64,000 nucleotides of DNA from positions 361,212,001-361,276,000 of the forward strand of contig OZ024743.1 in assembly GCA_964016885.1 (NCBI GenBank), read 5' to 3'. The translations under genes were made by a program, and so were the position numbers. Source of the stretch: Eledone cirrhosa. Its lineage: Eukaryota. The number at the start of each line of letters is the position of its first letter. Position 1 is the first letter of the stretch. Of the stretch, positions 1 through 14,326 are shown one piece after another. The notes under the pieces are model-generated. The model was not told where the DNA came from. It ran no database searches and was given only the letters and a program-made list of their open reading frames with translations.

Positions 1-69
1 TGGCCTGAATAGGTGAGGATTTGAAATTGTGAACAATCTATGGTATCCCTATATGCTAATGAAATAATA

Positions 70-720
70 TACCTATGAACATACGATCTAGATAATCATA
101 TGCGATTAGTCCGTAATCACATTGGCACATTTGGGATATCTCGTCGGTACATGTCAGAAAGTTGGTACTTTCTGATCAACATCATGAGGCTTTTGTACCT
201 CCCGTGTTTCTATCCACTACCCCCACACAATCCCAGCGTGTCCAAGTCACCGTTCCAGTACCCACTAGTAATGGATGAGATGTTCCTAAAAAGGCTTCCA
301 GAAGCCTGAAGAATTCCGGCCGTCCAGCTACAGTCGGGGCGTTGACGGACCCCGCTTCATAGTCACCACCATCATTATTGCTCGCGGTGGATTGGCATTA
401 TCGGTAGAGGGTCGGATGCCATGCTTTCCAGCATAGTTACGTCCCTTTACGATCTGAGTTCAAATCCCGCCGAGGTTGACTTTGCCTTTCATCCTTACGG
501 GGTCGATAAAATAAAGTACCAGTAATACACTGGATAATTGCTGGCCTTGTGCCTAAGGTAGAAACAATTATTGCTCATGCTCCGGACCACCAACTTACCT
601 TACGGGTCCAGGAAGATCGTCCATACCTCGAGCTCCAGACATTTCCTAAACAGCCCAGTATAACGAAGAGATGCGTAAATAGATCTCAAAGTCGTCTGGA
701 ATGGTTGTTAGAACACGCGT
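70..720 (-). pseudogene. Decayed AP-endonuclease fragment of a Tx1/L1-like LINE, interrupted by a SINE
   Basis: Minus-strand reading gives APTVAGRPEFFRLLEAFLGTSHPLLVG...IRKYQLSDMYRRDIPNVPM...YLDRMFI, resembling the YAP, L(S)D.YR and R.D.I motifs of L1/Tx1 endonuclease; frameshifted; ends approximate. Confidence 0.6.
384..571 (+). mobile_element. tRNA-derived SINE (octopus OK-like family), full length with TSD
   Basis: B-box-like GAGTTCAAATCC; body GTCGATAAAATAAAGTACCAGT shared with other copies in the window; 10-bp TSD ATTATTGCTC at 374-383 and 567-576. Confidence 0.9.
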
Positions 721-1422
721 GTCTAAATCCCGCATGAAATGTACAGTTGAATAAGGTAAATATACGTCAACATATATATAGAAAACGGGAACACAAACAC
801 ACGAAAAACTCGTCAATGCTCTTCCAAAATTCCACCACGGAGACTCTATATAATGCATCGAGCTAAAAGCCATATTCACAAAGAACTGGTAGGGCAAATT
901 GAGAAAGCTAACCATATAACAGAAAATAAACCCATCTACAATAGAATGGAATAGCAACAATCCCACAAACTAGCAACTGATGACAACTATGTTATAATAC
1001 ATAGGGAACATACATAAACCTATCATCGATAACATGCAGAAATAGATTAGTAACAGTTTTGCACTGATACGAGAGAGAAAGAAAAGAAAAAGGATGAACT
1101 AGAGATTCGAACGAGTGATATATATAGATATGAGTATTGGCAAGTAAAAATACACGAAGGTTAGTGGCTGATAAAGCTGAACATCCACAAATATTCAGTT
1201 GAAAAAGTATGGACACACACACAAAACCTTACGAGAGAATCAAAACAAGACATAAAGACATATAAAATACACATGCATGCACACACATTAATGGATATAT
1301 ATACACACACAGACATTTGCATGCCAAACAGAAAAAAATATTGCAAAAGTAGTAGAATAAAATACACACACACACACGTACACACACACACACAGACACA
1401 CATATATTATATATACATATTA

Positions 1423-1480
<58 letters not shown>

Positions 1481-1840
1481 TGCATGCACATAGCAAATGG
1501 TAAGCAACAGAAAGAAAATATAATGAACTAAATGAAACGGAAGCGAGACAAAGAGAAGCAAGAAGAGTCGTAGTGAAGGGCAGATAACGTATGACAAAAT
1601 AGGTTTGACAAGTGAATGCAATTAATCTATCATCCATTTACTAAACTAACCAAGGATTGGATTAGTTACATGTCTAATAGTATAACAGAAGTCGAACTCA
1701 AATTACGCGTGTATTTTTTTTTTGTTTCATATATGTTGGCAGCTTTTCCTATGCAACATATAAAAATATCGGTTTCAGAACATAATTTAACATCATGTGT
1801 CGCAAAACAACGACAAACACCATAGACCTTTTCTTTTCCT

Positions 1841-1874
<34 letters not shown>

Positions 1875-2484
1875 CTTAGAGTTTAGACTCAAAGGGGTCA
1901 TTTACAATCATTTCAGCTCTAGGAATCGCTTCTGAGCAGTATAAATTAATATTTGAGGAACATTTACATGTTTTAGTTGCAATTGACTAATAAGATCGCT
2001 AGAGTGAAAAATCTTAATTCAACAACATAAGGTCTGCCTGTACGATCTAGAAAATAATAAATCAATACTCACAGACTCATATGGGCAAAAAGCCTTGGTA
2101 CCTAGACACGTTTAAAATTCAAAATACAAACTTTTTCCGCAGATCGGTCAGAACTTCAAACTTCAAACATGTTTCACAAAGGATGGTATAATAGTAAAAT
2201 AATTAACTAATTAGCAGTGAGTTAATCAACTTTTTCTGTGTTTATCAATAGGTACCCAGATAAAAATAAAAAAAAAAAATATATATATATATGAACGCAC
2301 ACAAAAACAAGATGGCGTAGGACAGAACAAAGGTGAGGCACAAAAATAAAGAAAATAATCCCCAGTCACTGAAGAGGTCACAGAATGTGTGAGGAGAGAA
2401 CTTTGACAATATATGAACAATCGTCTGGTTGTGGAACCAACCAGCTAACCGGAAATTTATAAATTCCTAAATTTTTAAATTTAA

Positions 2485-3402
2485 TCTATATATATAAAAC
2501 TGTGGTTGTCTGTCTCTCTATCGATTTTTGGCACACATCTCCTCTTAGAATCTCTCACGGAATTGCACCGAAATTGCTATACTTGTACATTGAGCCCTAG
2601 CGAAGACATCGGAAAAAAAAATTTCAAATTGACCCACCCTATGTGACGAAATCGAATATAATGTATCGATTTTTGAGCGTAAGTTATCAGTTATTTCCCT
2701 TTGTTCTGTTTACATTGAGCGTCTTACGTAAAAAATTACGCTGGCTTTCTCAGCGTTTAAAATGACATTAACACATTCATCAGTTCGAACACTAAGTTTC
2801 CGTTTTGCTTCATTTCCATTTAAAAGCATTTTAAAACAATATTTAAAGACTACGTAAAACAAGCAAATATTTCGTCATTAGGCGTGTAGACAGACAGTCG
2901 TGCAGACAGACAGTCGTGCAGAGAGGTGATGTACGCGTGCAGACAGACAGTCGTGCAGAGAGGTGATATAGGCGTGCAGACAGACAGTCGTGCAGAGAGG
3001 TGATATAGGCGTGCAGACAGACAGTCGTGCAGAGAGGTGATATAGGCGTGCAGACAGACAGTCGTGCAGAGAGGCGATATAGGCGTGCAGACAGACATAA
3101 CTGATAATTTGGTTACGCTAATGTTTTTCTCTGCGTTGCAGTGTTTACATTTTCGATCTTTGTTAATAAATAACCAGTGCAGTTTCTATCCCCAGCATCC
3201 TCTTTTGTTATAACATTCGGGTTATCGTTATGTTTTCTTAACTTCATAAGGCATATTGTTGGTTGAGGGAATATTAATCAAAAACATCACATGCAAGTCT
3301 GCACAGTAGACACTACAGTTTTTAAGCCAAGAAAGAAACTTAACATTGTAACTTTAACACAGCTACTGAGCGACCCCGAGCAACGCCGGGCTTTACTGCT
3401 AG
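2485..3402 (+). mobile_element. Non-autonomous Helitron
   Basis: 5' A|TC start (TCTATATATATAAAA), 3' hairpin CCCGAGCAACGCCGGG then CTAG|T; inserted between A and T. Confidence 0.8.
2876..3097. repeat. 37-bp minisatellite inside the Helitron
   Basis: Unit TGATATAGGCGTGCAGACAGACAGTCGTGCAGAGAGG repeated about 5-6 times. Confidence 0.9.
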
Positions 3403-3546
3403 TTTATAATAAATTGAAGTGAATTCCTCTGGTGCGTGTGTTTGTTATTGGCAACATGACCCTCCCAAAGCATAACAATATCGGTTTCAACACACGTTTT
3501 CAGATAAAGAATCTTGCTAAACAAAGTCAGAAACGAAATATCTATA

Positions 3547-3738
<192 letters not shown>

Positions 3739-3912
3739 AAGAATTCATATCTAGTAACATATATATACATACAGATGCATATCAATCAATGCTAGCAAAT
3801 ATATAGGTTTTGTCTTAATAACATTGGGGTTCAATGCATGGGGTTGCAGAACAATAATAGAAGAGACGTAAAATAAGAAAATTATAAAATTAACTTGCTT
3901 ACTAAAATATCA

Positions 3913-3992
3913 CTTCCAACTAATTAGTTTCTGGAATGGAGTAAATATATTTTCCGAAGAAGATATTGACAAACATTCCGTCGTCAGGGAAG
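3913..3992 (-). ncRNA. Type I hammerhead ribozyme (array A, inverted copy)
   Basis: Reverse complement: CTTCC-CTGACGA-cGGAATG...CATTCCa-GAAAC-TAATTA-GTT-GGAAG; core intact. Confidence 0.8.
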
Positions 3993-4936
3993 TCTATTCT
4001 CATATAAGTTTCCAGGCAAAGCGAGGAGTCTGGAAATTTATTAAAAAATAATTCAGTGGATAGGAAATAGCAAAGCGTGGACTGAATTCCTAGCCATTGA
4101 GAAAATCACTGCCTCTGCGCCTGTGGCAAATTCAAAAAGAATCGAACACGTAACATCGAGGTCAATCAGTGGAAAGTGGTTTGCTAATAAGACAGCGGCC
4201 TGCCTACTACCATAGCAGCAGTCATGGCCAATATTGCTGGACAAATAATTTGGAGATAATAATAAAGAATTCATATCTAGTAATATATATATACATACAG
4301 ATGCATATCAATGCTAGCAAATATATAGGTTTTGTCTTAATATCATTGTGGTTCAATGCATGGGGTTGCAGAACAATAATATAAGAGACGTAAAATAAGA
4401 AAATTATAAAATTAACTTACTTACTAAAATATCACTTCCAACTAATTTATAAAACTAATTACATACTTTTCTTATTTTACTAATTAGTTGGAAGTGATAT
4501 TTTAGTAAGTAAGTTAATTTTATAATTTTCTTATTTTACGTCTCTTATATTATTGTTCTGCAACCCCATGCATTGAACCACAATGTTATTAAGACAAAAC
4601 CTATATATTTAATAGCATTGATATGCATCTGTATGTATATATATGTTACTAGATATGAATTCTTTATTATTATCTCCAAATTATTTGTCGAGCAATATTG
4701 GCCATGACTGCTGCTATGGTAGTAGGCAGGCCGCTGTCTTATTAGCAAACCACTTTCCACTGATTGACCTCGATGTCACGTGTTCGATTCTTTTTGAATT
4801 TGCCACAGGCGCAGAGGCAGTGATTTTCTCAATGTCTAGGAATTCAGTCTATGCTTTGCTATTTCCTATACACTGAATTATTTTTTAATAAATTTCCAGA
4901 GTCCTCGCTTTGCCTGGAAACTTATATGAGAATAGA

Positions 4937-5016
4937 CTTCCCTGACGACGGAATGTTTGTCAATATCTTCTTCGGAAAATATATTTACTCCATTCCAGAA
5001 ACTAATTAGTTGGAAG
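4937..5016 (+). ncRNA. Type I hammerhead ribozyme (array A)
   Basis: Stem I CTTCC/GGAAG, CTGACGA, stem II GGAATG/CATTCC, GAAAC, palindromic stem-loop III ACTAATTAGT, GUU triplet. Confidence 0.8.
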
Positions 5017-5454
5017 TGATATTTTAGTAAGTTAATTTTATAATTTTCTTATTTTACGTCTCTTATATTATTGTTCTGCAACCCCATGCATTGAACCACA
5101 ATGTTATTAAGACAAAACCTATATATTTGCTAGCATCGATATGCATCTGTATGTAAATATATGTTACTAGATATGAATTCTTTATTATTATCTCCAAATT
5201 ATTTGTCGAGCAATATTGGCCATGACTGCTGTTATGGTAGTAGGCAGGCCGCTGTCTTATTAGCAAACCACTTTCCACTGATTGACCTCGATGTCACGTG
5301 TTCGATTCTTTTTGAATTTGCCACAGGCGCTGAGGCAGTGATTTTCTCAATGTCTAGGAATTCAGTCTACGCTTTGCTATTTCCTATCCACTGAATTATT
5401 TTTTAATAACTTTCCAGAGTCCTCGCTTTGCCTGGAAACTTATATGAGAATAGA

Positions 5455-5534
5455 CTTCCCTGACGACGGAATGTTTATCTGTATCTTCTTCGGAAAATAT
5501 ATTTACTCCATTCCAGAAGCTAATTAGTTGGAAG
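5455..5534 (+). ncRNA. Hammerhead ribozyme, probably inactivated (array A)
   Basis: Same fold, but GAAAC is mutated to GAAGC at 5516-5520. Confidence 0.7.
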
Positions 5535-5976
5535 TGATATTTTAGTAAGTAAGTTAATTTTATAATTTTCTTATTTTACGTCTCTTATATTATTGTTCTG
5601 CAACCCCATGCATTGAACCCCAATGTTATTAAGACAAAACCTATATATTTGCTAGCATTGATATGCATCTGTATGTAAATATATGTTACTAGATATGAAT
5701 TCTTTATTATTATCTCCAAATTATTTGTCGAGCAATATTGGCCATGACTGCTGCTATGGTAGTAGGCAGGCCGCTGTCTTATTAGCAAACCACTTTCCAC
5801 TGATTGACCTCGATGTCACGTGTTCGATTCTTTTTGAATTTGCCACAGGCGCAGAGGCAGTGATTTTCTCAATGGCTAGGAATTCAGTCCACGCTTTGCT
5901 ATTTCCTATCCACTGAATTATTTTTTAATAAATTTCCAGACTCCTCGTTTTGCCTGGAAACTTATATGAAAATAGA

Positions 5977-6056
5977 CTTCCCTGACGACGGAATGTTTGT
6001 CAATATCTTCTTCGGAAAATATATTTACTCCATTCCAGAAACTAATTAGTCGGAAG
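5977..6056 (+). ncRNA. Type I hammerhead ribozyme (array A), GUC triplet
   Basis: CTTCC-CTGACGA...GAAAC-TAATTA-GTC-GGAAG. Confidence 0.85.
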
Positions 6057-6105
6057 TGATATTTTAGTAAGTAAGTTAATTTTATAATTTTCTTATTTTA
6101 CGTCT

Positions 6106-6154
<49 letters not shown>

Positions 6155-6156
<2 letters not shown>

Positions 6157-6535
6157 TTGAGCACTTTAACTACTCGTATGACCTCAGCCACCGAGAGAGA
6201 TTACTCACCGCTCCCTGATGCATCTAGGATGTGGCAAATCCGCTGGGGAGGATGGAATCCAGCCCGAGATGTTGAAAGCCTTAAATAGAGAAGGTATTAT
6301 CTGGCTAACTCGTGTTTGTCTGGTGGCTCGGTTCTCTGGAAAGGTACCTAACCAATGGCAATGGAGAGTGATATTTCCGATTTTCAAAAAAGGAGTCAAG
6401 AGAGTTCTAATTATAGAGAGATCACCTTGTTATCCCTTCCCGGTAAAGTATATGCAAAGTCTCTGGCAAAGAGATGCAGGGAGATCGTTTAGTCCAAGCT
6501 GGCTGATAAACAGTGTGCTTTTTGCGCCGGACGTA
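6155..6535 (+). pseudogene. LINE reverse transcriptase N-terminal fragment
   Basis: GKSAGEDGIQPEMLK...W..IFPIFKKG, then frameshifted NYREITLLSLPGKVYAK. Confidence 0.85.
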
Positions 6536-6579
6536 TACATACACAAAACTTTACACATGAGAGAGAAAATACACATACG

Positions 6580-7345
6580 GATATCCTCTGGGACTGAGTC
6601 TACATCATGTTCCTTAGAGCTCATATAAACATTGAACGTACAATAGCTTTGACCTCAAAGTGATCACAACCATCATAAACTAGACGTCTCCAACCAGATC
6701 TACTCCCTGCCTCGTCTTCCCAATCCTTAAGAGTAATACAAAATCTCTTCAGGTTTCCTTTGACAACGCCCTGAAGGGCTTCTTTGGCGTTTATCAAGAG
6801 TTAACTCTCCATACCAAATTCACTTCGGCAACCTCTAATATCCAATCTGCCCTATATGCTCCCAACGCATTTGGTTTCGAATAAGCAGTGTTTCTGTGTT
6901 TGATGTATTGGCCGGCAACGGAACAAAAGAGTCAGGTTTAAATGACTGCCACATAATTTTCAAAATACTCCTGAGGCATATTTTGTGGGATCTTTCTGAT
7001 GTCTTGTTATGATGCCGGTGTGTTGTTCAAGTCTCAGAGCAATACAAGAGAGTAGTCGGGGCACAGGATTGTAGACGATTATCTTAGTGCCAAACGAGGT
7101 GACTCTGTCCGACCAGACTCAGACTTCCAGCGTGCCCAATGTTTTGCTGGCTCTCTCTATCCTTAATTCGCTTGCGGAGTCCAATGAACTATCTCTGGAG
7201 AGAGCACTACTGAGGTGAACAAATATATCAACAACCTTCAGCCTCTAACCCTGAACAAAGATGTTAGTATCGGCTTAATGTTGCTCAGGGGGTGATGTAT
7301 GCATGAGCCTGGTATTTTCTGTCTTGATAGTAAGCCCTAAATCAG
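6580..7345 (-). pseudogene. Old RTE-clade LINE RT C-terminal fragment
   Basis: Minus strand GLTIK..T, RIERASK, ICLRSILKIMW, QMRW, RLPK..WYGEL; many stops. Confidence 0.7.
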
Positions 7346-7391
7346 TGCGCGCGCACACAAGCACACACACACACGAACATGTGTATATATT

Positions 7392-7468
<77 letters not shown>

Positions 7469-7686
7469 ATTATTATTATTATTATTATTAGGTTATGCAA
7501 GGAATGCTTAGGAGTATCCTGAATGCAGTAATGGTTAATTACTACACTAGATAGAGTCGACGTACGGTGAGGGGTTACTCAACGAGTTATAAAAGAACAG
7601 TTGAAGAAACATTTGTAAACACTTGGAATAAATTACCTTTTTCTGATGTCTACCTGTTTTATTAATCATTCTTTATATATATATGT

Positions 7687-7724
<38 letters not shown>

Positions 7725-8354
7725 GTGCGTGTGTATGTATATATATGTGTGTGTTTGTGTGTGTGTGTATGTGTGTGTGTTTGTGTGTGTGTGCGTACGT
7801 GGGTGTAAGTGTGTGTATGTAGCTATATAGATGGAGATATAACTACTAGCCAACATCTTACTATCTACGTATCAGTTATTCTGTGTTTATTTTGTCTCCG
7901 TATGTATAAATATTCATATCCGTCATACAATATTTGACGTAAATGTCAAACATATGCGTGTTTTTGACAACCCAAATAATTTCACTTAAGTTCTGCTTCG
8001 TTTTAGTCTTATAAATTACACAGGCATAGAATTTAACAACCTTGTTAGGCACTGTCATGGCAGATAAGACAACAGTACTGTAGGTAAACATCAAAACTGT
8101 CTGAAACTTTTTCACTCTTTCAACAGCCGATGACCACAAAGATTTTGTATGTAATGGCAATGATGCAACATTATCATTTACACACCAACACCAACTCTTT
8201 CATTGACTGAATTGCTAACTATATAACTGATCAGGCAGTCAGCAAATATGCAAATCAGGCCGATCAGTCACTGTACTTTTTTTTTTTAAATGTCATATTT
8301 TCACTAGCTTTTTTAAATGTCATATATTTTCACTAGCAGTTGGCAGGTAAGCAG

Positions 8355-8397
8355 TATACTGATGAAGGGTAATCACCCAGAAACATTAGTGTCTGCA
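8355..8397 (+). ncRNA. Minimal type I hammerhead motif, slightly decayed (probable Penelope pLTR remnant)
   Basis: TATA-CTGATGA-aGGGTaatcACCCa-GAAAC-attagt-GTC-TGCA; stem I has one mismatch. Confidence 0.6.
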
Positions 8398-8568
8398 GTT
8401 CTGTTTACATGCTAACACAAGAGCAATAATGTAGGGGTCATTCAACTGATATGACTTAAAGAGTCTGTTTGCATAATTGCAAACGAATCGAAAATTATTA
8501 ATTATTAATATTCGAAAATATCAGATTACATATATTGTATTCAGCCATGTAGAGCGATAAACTATTTG

Positions 8569-8610
<42 letters not shown>

Positions 8611-9307
8611 AGTGTAACTTGGAGTTACTGCAGGTTCACCTCGGGTGTGCACTCGATGTTTAGGTTCACTTCTGTGTTGAGGTGTAGAGCTATACAGAGT
8701 GTATTGAAAGGATAACAAGGACGATTGGTTACTCCTTCATTACATTTATTGTTAAGTGACGCGCGTTTCGCCACTGATCAGCTCAAGTTTCGATCTGCAT
8801 CGATATTACCCGACTCATTAATCGGCAGCACGACGGACCCTTTAAAATGGTATAGGAAAATGAATACATGCTATGTGATAAAGTCAGAAGTTCATAAGTT
8901 GTACAATATGATTTTTTATGATTGGTGGAAAAGACAATGGGAATGTACTGGCCTGTAGTGTATGTGGGGTTGGATGTGGTGATAAGATGTTGGTGTCGGT
9001 CGCTGGTTGCGATGGGCTGGGTGTGGGGGTGGCGGATTGACTTCCGCCTGGAGTGTATGTGGGGGTGGCTGTGATGATAAGATGGTGGTGACGGTCGCTG
9101 ACTTGGATGGGCTGTGGTTTGGGGGTAGAGTATTGTCGGTAGACAGTTTGGCGTATATTTGTGGCTGGTTATTGTGTGGGGTGTGGTTGCCACAACAAAC
9201 CATTACCACAACCCAGAACGAAACCACATACACAACACAACCGCCCGCATGCCAGCTCCACACAGAACGCCACCAACCGGCAACGTGCCACCACACCGGT
9301 AACACCC

Positions 9308-9763
9308 ACCTGAAACTGCAAAAAACGGGCTGAATACCCACTAAACGGGGAGTGCCTCGTTAAAAATATTGTTTACCAGTGTGATGTCACAGCCGGCAAT
9401 AAAGAGTACTCAAATATAAGTGCGACCTCCACTACATTTAAGGAGCGCTGGTATAACCATAGAAACTCCTTTAAACATAGGCTGAAACTATCCCAAACCA
9501 GACTGGCCGACTTGATCTGGGACCTCAAGGCCAGGAACATCGAATCCCAGGTCACTTGGTCAGTCAAAAGACGCGTAACGCAACTCCCCAGTGACAGAAA
9601 ACACTGCAGATTATCCCTGGCCGAGGCGGCAGAAATAATTAAATTAAAATCTGCCATAAACTATAGGACGGACATAATTTTCAATTGCAGACACACCAGG
9701 CTGCACACATTTTCCGCACAAACATTCGGCGGAGGGCCGCACACTAACCATGACCCAGCATAA
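9308..9763 (+). pseudogene. Penelope GIY-YIG endonuclease domain
   Basis: T*NCKKRAEYPLNGECLVKNIVYQCDV...SATSTTFKERWYNHRNSFKH...LIWDLK...TWS...CRLSLAE...CRH. Confidence 0.85.
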
Positions 9764-10693
9764 TAATAACCACCTCTGCCCCGTCTCACCATCCCTCATC
9801 TCAGTGAATTTATGTTATTGTACTGCATGTAACCATTTGTAAGCCCGTATTTTGTATATCATGCCGCATACATCACCCCCACCAAAATTCACATCGCCAT
9901 ACACCCCTCATCTTTGCAACATTGTGTTCTATCTGTCCTCTCTGTCAGGTTTTACCTTGCAAACCATAGTAATATCTGATCCTGTAAATATAATGTCGAT
10001 CATATCACCCCATCGTTACCACCACCACCACCACCACCGCACACATCGTTATATGTCTACCATCCCACACCCGCAACCTTACTCCCCCATGTTCCCTCTG
10101 TCTACCCTAACTTACAACCCCACGCAAAATTCGATCCTGTAAATGTACTGTTGCACGCACCACCACCGCCCCCACTAGATACATCCACATACTTCAACAA
10201 TCACTAACATCATTAACATCACCAACACATATCCCTCACTCACAGAACGACTGTGTTACATCTGCCCTCTCCGTATGCTTTACCCTGTAACCCACCGTAA
10301 CATCTGATGATGTAATCTTATTGTTGAACATATCACCCCATCACCACCACCACCACCATGACCACAACACACATCGCTATACGCCCACAAACTTTTTCCC
10401 CCGTGTTCCCTATGTCACCTTTTATCCAGTAACCGATCGTATTATTCGATCCTGTATATTTGTGTCGCTCACAACTCCACCACCGACACCACAAGGCACA
10501 ACTCCATACCTCAACATTCATTAACTTCATTAGCATCGCCAACACATACCTTCCCTCTCAAACCAACGCAAGTGTGTGTGTCTGTGTGTAAGTATTTATT
10601 TGTGTATATATGTGTGCGCATATATATACATATATATATATATAATATTAATTCAAAATATTAACAAAATAGATATTCTTGTGATCAAGTATA

Positions 10694-10748
10694 TTTTATT
10701 ATACATATTTCAGAGTTAACTTCAACAGTACGTCCTCATCAGATAAAA
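10694..10748 (-). ncRNA. Type I hammerhead motif
   Basis: Reverse complement: TTTTAT-CTGATGA-ggacgtactgttgaagttaactct-GAAAT-atgt-ATA-ATAAAA; stem II weak. Confidence 0.55.
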
Positions 10749-11535
10749 ATAAGATGATGCATGACATACCCTGACATATCTGTGTGTACGTGTATGTGTG
10801 TATATCTATATGTGTATGTGTGTGTATGTATGTGTATGTCTATATGTACAACAGCATCTCCGTTGGCTCGCACCCTCCCTCTATCTTTGTACTACGCCAC
10901 CCCCAAAGATACTCCCACCTCTATATATATATCCACACGCGCGCATGCACATATATGTGTGTGTACATATGCATATAGATATATGTACCTGTGGATGTAT
11001 GTGGGCGCGTGTATGTGTGTGTATATAAATGTGTATGTATATATGCCAGTACATATGCTCATGTATATGTATACAACGTATTTGTCAGACTAAGAGTGTC
11101 TAGATATGTATCTCCCCATGGACTTGACACCACCAACACACCCACCACACCACCACAAACACCACTACCATAAACAACAACACCACAACAACACCCCACG
11201 CAAATAACCGGCCACACATATACGCCAAACTGTCTACCGACAATCCACGACCCCAACACCACAGCCCATCCAAGTCAGCAACCGTCACCACCATCTTATC
11301 ATCACATCCACCCCCTTATACACTACAGGCAAAAGTCAATCCGCCACCCCCACATCACAGCCCATCACAACCAGCGACCGTTACCAACATCTTATCACCA
11401 CATCCACCCTCATTACACTACAGGCCAATACATTCCTATTGTCTTTTCCACCAATCAAAACAAATGATATTGTACAACTTATGAACTTCTGACTTTATCA
11501 CATAGCATGTATTCATTTTCCTATACCATTTTAAA

Positions 11536-11622
11536 GGGTCCGTCGAGCTGCCGATAATTGAGTCAGGTAAGATCGATACAGATCGAACCTTGAGCTGATC
11601 AGTGGCGAAACGCGCGTCACTT
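11536..11622 (+). ncRNA. Hammerhead-like fold with variant core CCGUCGA in the Penelope pLTR
   Basis: GGGT-CCGTCGA-long stem II (GCTGCCGAT...ATCAGTGGC)-GAAAC-GCGC-GTC-ACTT; inverted copy at 8754-8840 has CCGTCGT. Confidence 0.45.
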
Positions 11623-11689
11623 ACCAATAAATGTAATGAAGGAGTAAACAATCGTCCTTGTTATCCTTTCAATATATATATATATATGT

Positions 11690-11782
<93 letters not shown>

Positions 11783-14326
11783 CGTGTGTGAATGTGTGTG
11801 TGTGTGCGCGCGTGTGTGCGTGTGTGAATGTGTGTGTGTGTGCGCATCTACATGTTGTTTGATTGGTACAAGAGAAAAAGTACACTCATAACGAGAATAG
11901 AAGATTATTGTATGATTTGAGTTAATTATTCTATCATTACATCAAATTCAACGAACGCTGGACCATTCACGTGGCGTCAACTTGAAATATTATCGAGCAT
12001 TTTCTTTATTGCATCTTTATTGAATACCGTGAAAAATCAATTATGACTCATTGTTGTGACTTTTATGGTTTCTACGGTGGTAAATAGAATACTAATTCAG
12101 TACTGTAGAGGGTTCGTGCCTCATTCACTTTCCCTCTGAAAACGTCAGATGTATGCAAACAGATGATGTGCAGTGTAAACAGTTGTATGTTCCGTTTGTG
12201 GGATTAAGAATCCTCAACAATTGAGGGCGGATACACACTCACAAACACACACACAAAATTAACATATTCAGGCGTTCACACGCACACACATATATATGAG
12301 TATGTGTATGCGTGAGTGTGATTGTCAGTGTCAATGTACATACATACAGGTTTGTAGATGTATATTCGATATAGTACAGCCAAACTCTACCTCAGCAATG
12401 TTTGAATCTACTTTGTCAGCTTATCAATAAACTAAAATTGACAATTGTTATTATGTAGCTTTTCCTTCTTTAATCCATAGGAGTGATGTTTCTATATGCT
12501 CAACTAACTGGCAATTCCAGTATCATCTACCACAGATTCTTTACTGTGTATCCCACCAACTAGAAATTGATATATATTTGGAAGATTGTGGAACATTTAG
12601 ACAAGTAGAATAGAATTACATGTTTACCAGAGATACAGCTGATCTATTCTGTTAACGCCACTAAAAGAAATTGAAATTCAAACAGAGATAAACATTCTTT
12701 TTCAAGCTGGTTACTCATGTCATTATATTTATCTCCGGTATGTCTTATACAGTGTTAACATACACGTCAATACATGAAAATCCTTTCTAAGAGTTTGCAT
12801 TGATTTATTTCTCGTAGAACTTGTATACTTTATTTCGGATCAAATTAGTGACTATGTTAAGTCAACCGTGCAAAGCACCTGCTTTTCGCTTTTCTATGAG
12901 AATGATACTCTGAAACATGTTATCAGGAAAATGATAATATTGATGTATGCTGAAACAAGTCTGATGGGAAATGCTTTCTGGATGAATACTTGTCTCAATA
13001 AGTTGGTTTGTCATTGTCACATTTAATAAAGCATAAACATAGAATTTACTATGAGAATAATCTCCAACATATTACATTTTACTGCGCTTATGTCATCCTA
13101 GCTAGCTACCTGAAGTGTCGATAGATCGTATTATGTTAACGCTACTCGGCTGTAGTCATAACTAAATCACTAAATATTTGTTGATTCACACAAAGAAATG
13201 AGCCTACTCGGTAGCTCAAACTGATTGAAGCAGCTGCTAAATCACCATCAACACATTTTTTACAGTTATTTGATAAAGATTTGGATACGCAATCTAGTCT
13301 GTCATTGGCGGAGATAGGAACGCGGGCTCTCATGTGGTAAAAAAGCAATAACACCAGCGCCTGTGGCCCATTTAAATTCAAAGAAATATAATGCAATTCC
13401 TCAACGCTCCATCAAATTTAAGACCAAAATAATCCCAGTTAAAAACAATTGCATTGTTACATTATGTGATCAGTATTGACTAACAGCTTAAAAGTGAATA
13501 GACTGAAGTATATTTATTTTACTTTATAAAAGTGCCATGAATAATTTCGTTTATTTTACAAAACAACTAAATTAACAATTCTAAAATGTTTCGAATAGGT
13601 ATATATGAATATTGCTGAATTCTTTTTATCAAATGGTTCCAACTCGGCACTGAAAATTAAATCAGCAGTTATCGAAGTTGCATGCGGTAACCATGATCCA
13701 GTAACTCTATTATTAAAATTGTTTTATCTATCTCATAATATTCACAGATATAATTAGATGAGATTATACTGTTTCTTTTCTGATTATTCTAGCAGCTAGA
13801 GAGATTACATAAACCCTCTTTTATTGGCTTATGTCATATATATGTATACATGGCAGCTCAATATTAGGGTTATCTATTTCACTGGCATTAACTATCCAAC
13901 ACAGACTGATGGACAACAGTAAATGGCAAACGACTGACAGACAATTTACGCACACTTCACTGATATTGAATGTGAGTTTTATTTTATTACCTTCTGTGCA
14001 AGAAGACCAAGGATCAAGGACTTTCCAGGCGTAACTATCATATCGATTTTCAGACTGTGTATGTAGGGCAATTCTAACCTATGCAGTATTTCTTTTTATG
14101 ATAACGTAGTGAGATTTCATAGAGATCTCTGTGTTATTTCTAGAAAACTGTACAACTAAATAGATATTTCATTTTTACTCCCAGACATCAGGCTTAGTAG
14201 AAGACATAGATAACTGCTAGCACACACACGAAGAATATTACCCAGACAAAGAGAAGCAGACGATATACAGATAAATTTCACTTAATATTATATATAATGT
14301 ATAGTGTATACTGTGTGGTTCAATGT

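Larger units (their letters stand above)
8705..11665 (+). mobile_element. 5'-truncated Penelope-like element (Neptune-type linker) with an inverted pLTR copy
   Basis: GIY-YIG remnant at 9308-9763; 8705-9190 is the reverse complement of about 11180-11665; ends in (TA)/(TG) repeats. Confidence 0.8.

Noticed and set aside
384-480. tRNA gene
   Set aside because: The A/B-box-like head belongs to a SINE; no cloverleaf.
2365-2466. CTGAAGA...GGAAAT hammerhead-like spacing
   Set aside because: No stem I partner or clean cleavage triplet.
4643-5916. Repeated 71- and 77-aa ORFs in array A
   Set aside because: They recur only because the DNA is repeated; the frames are broken by indels and stops in homologous array B.
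12330-13760. Non-repetitive stretch that looked like a decayed coding region
   Set aside because: No recognisable motif in any frame; needs BLASTx.
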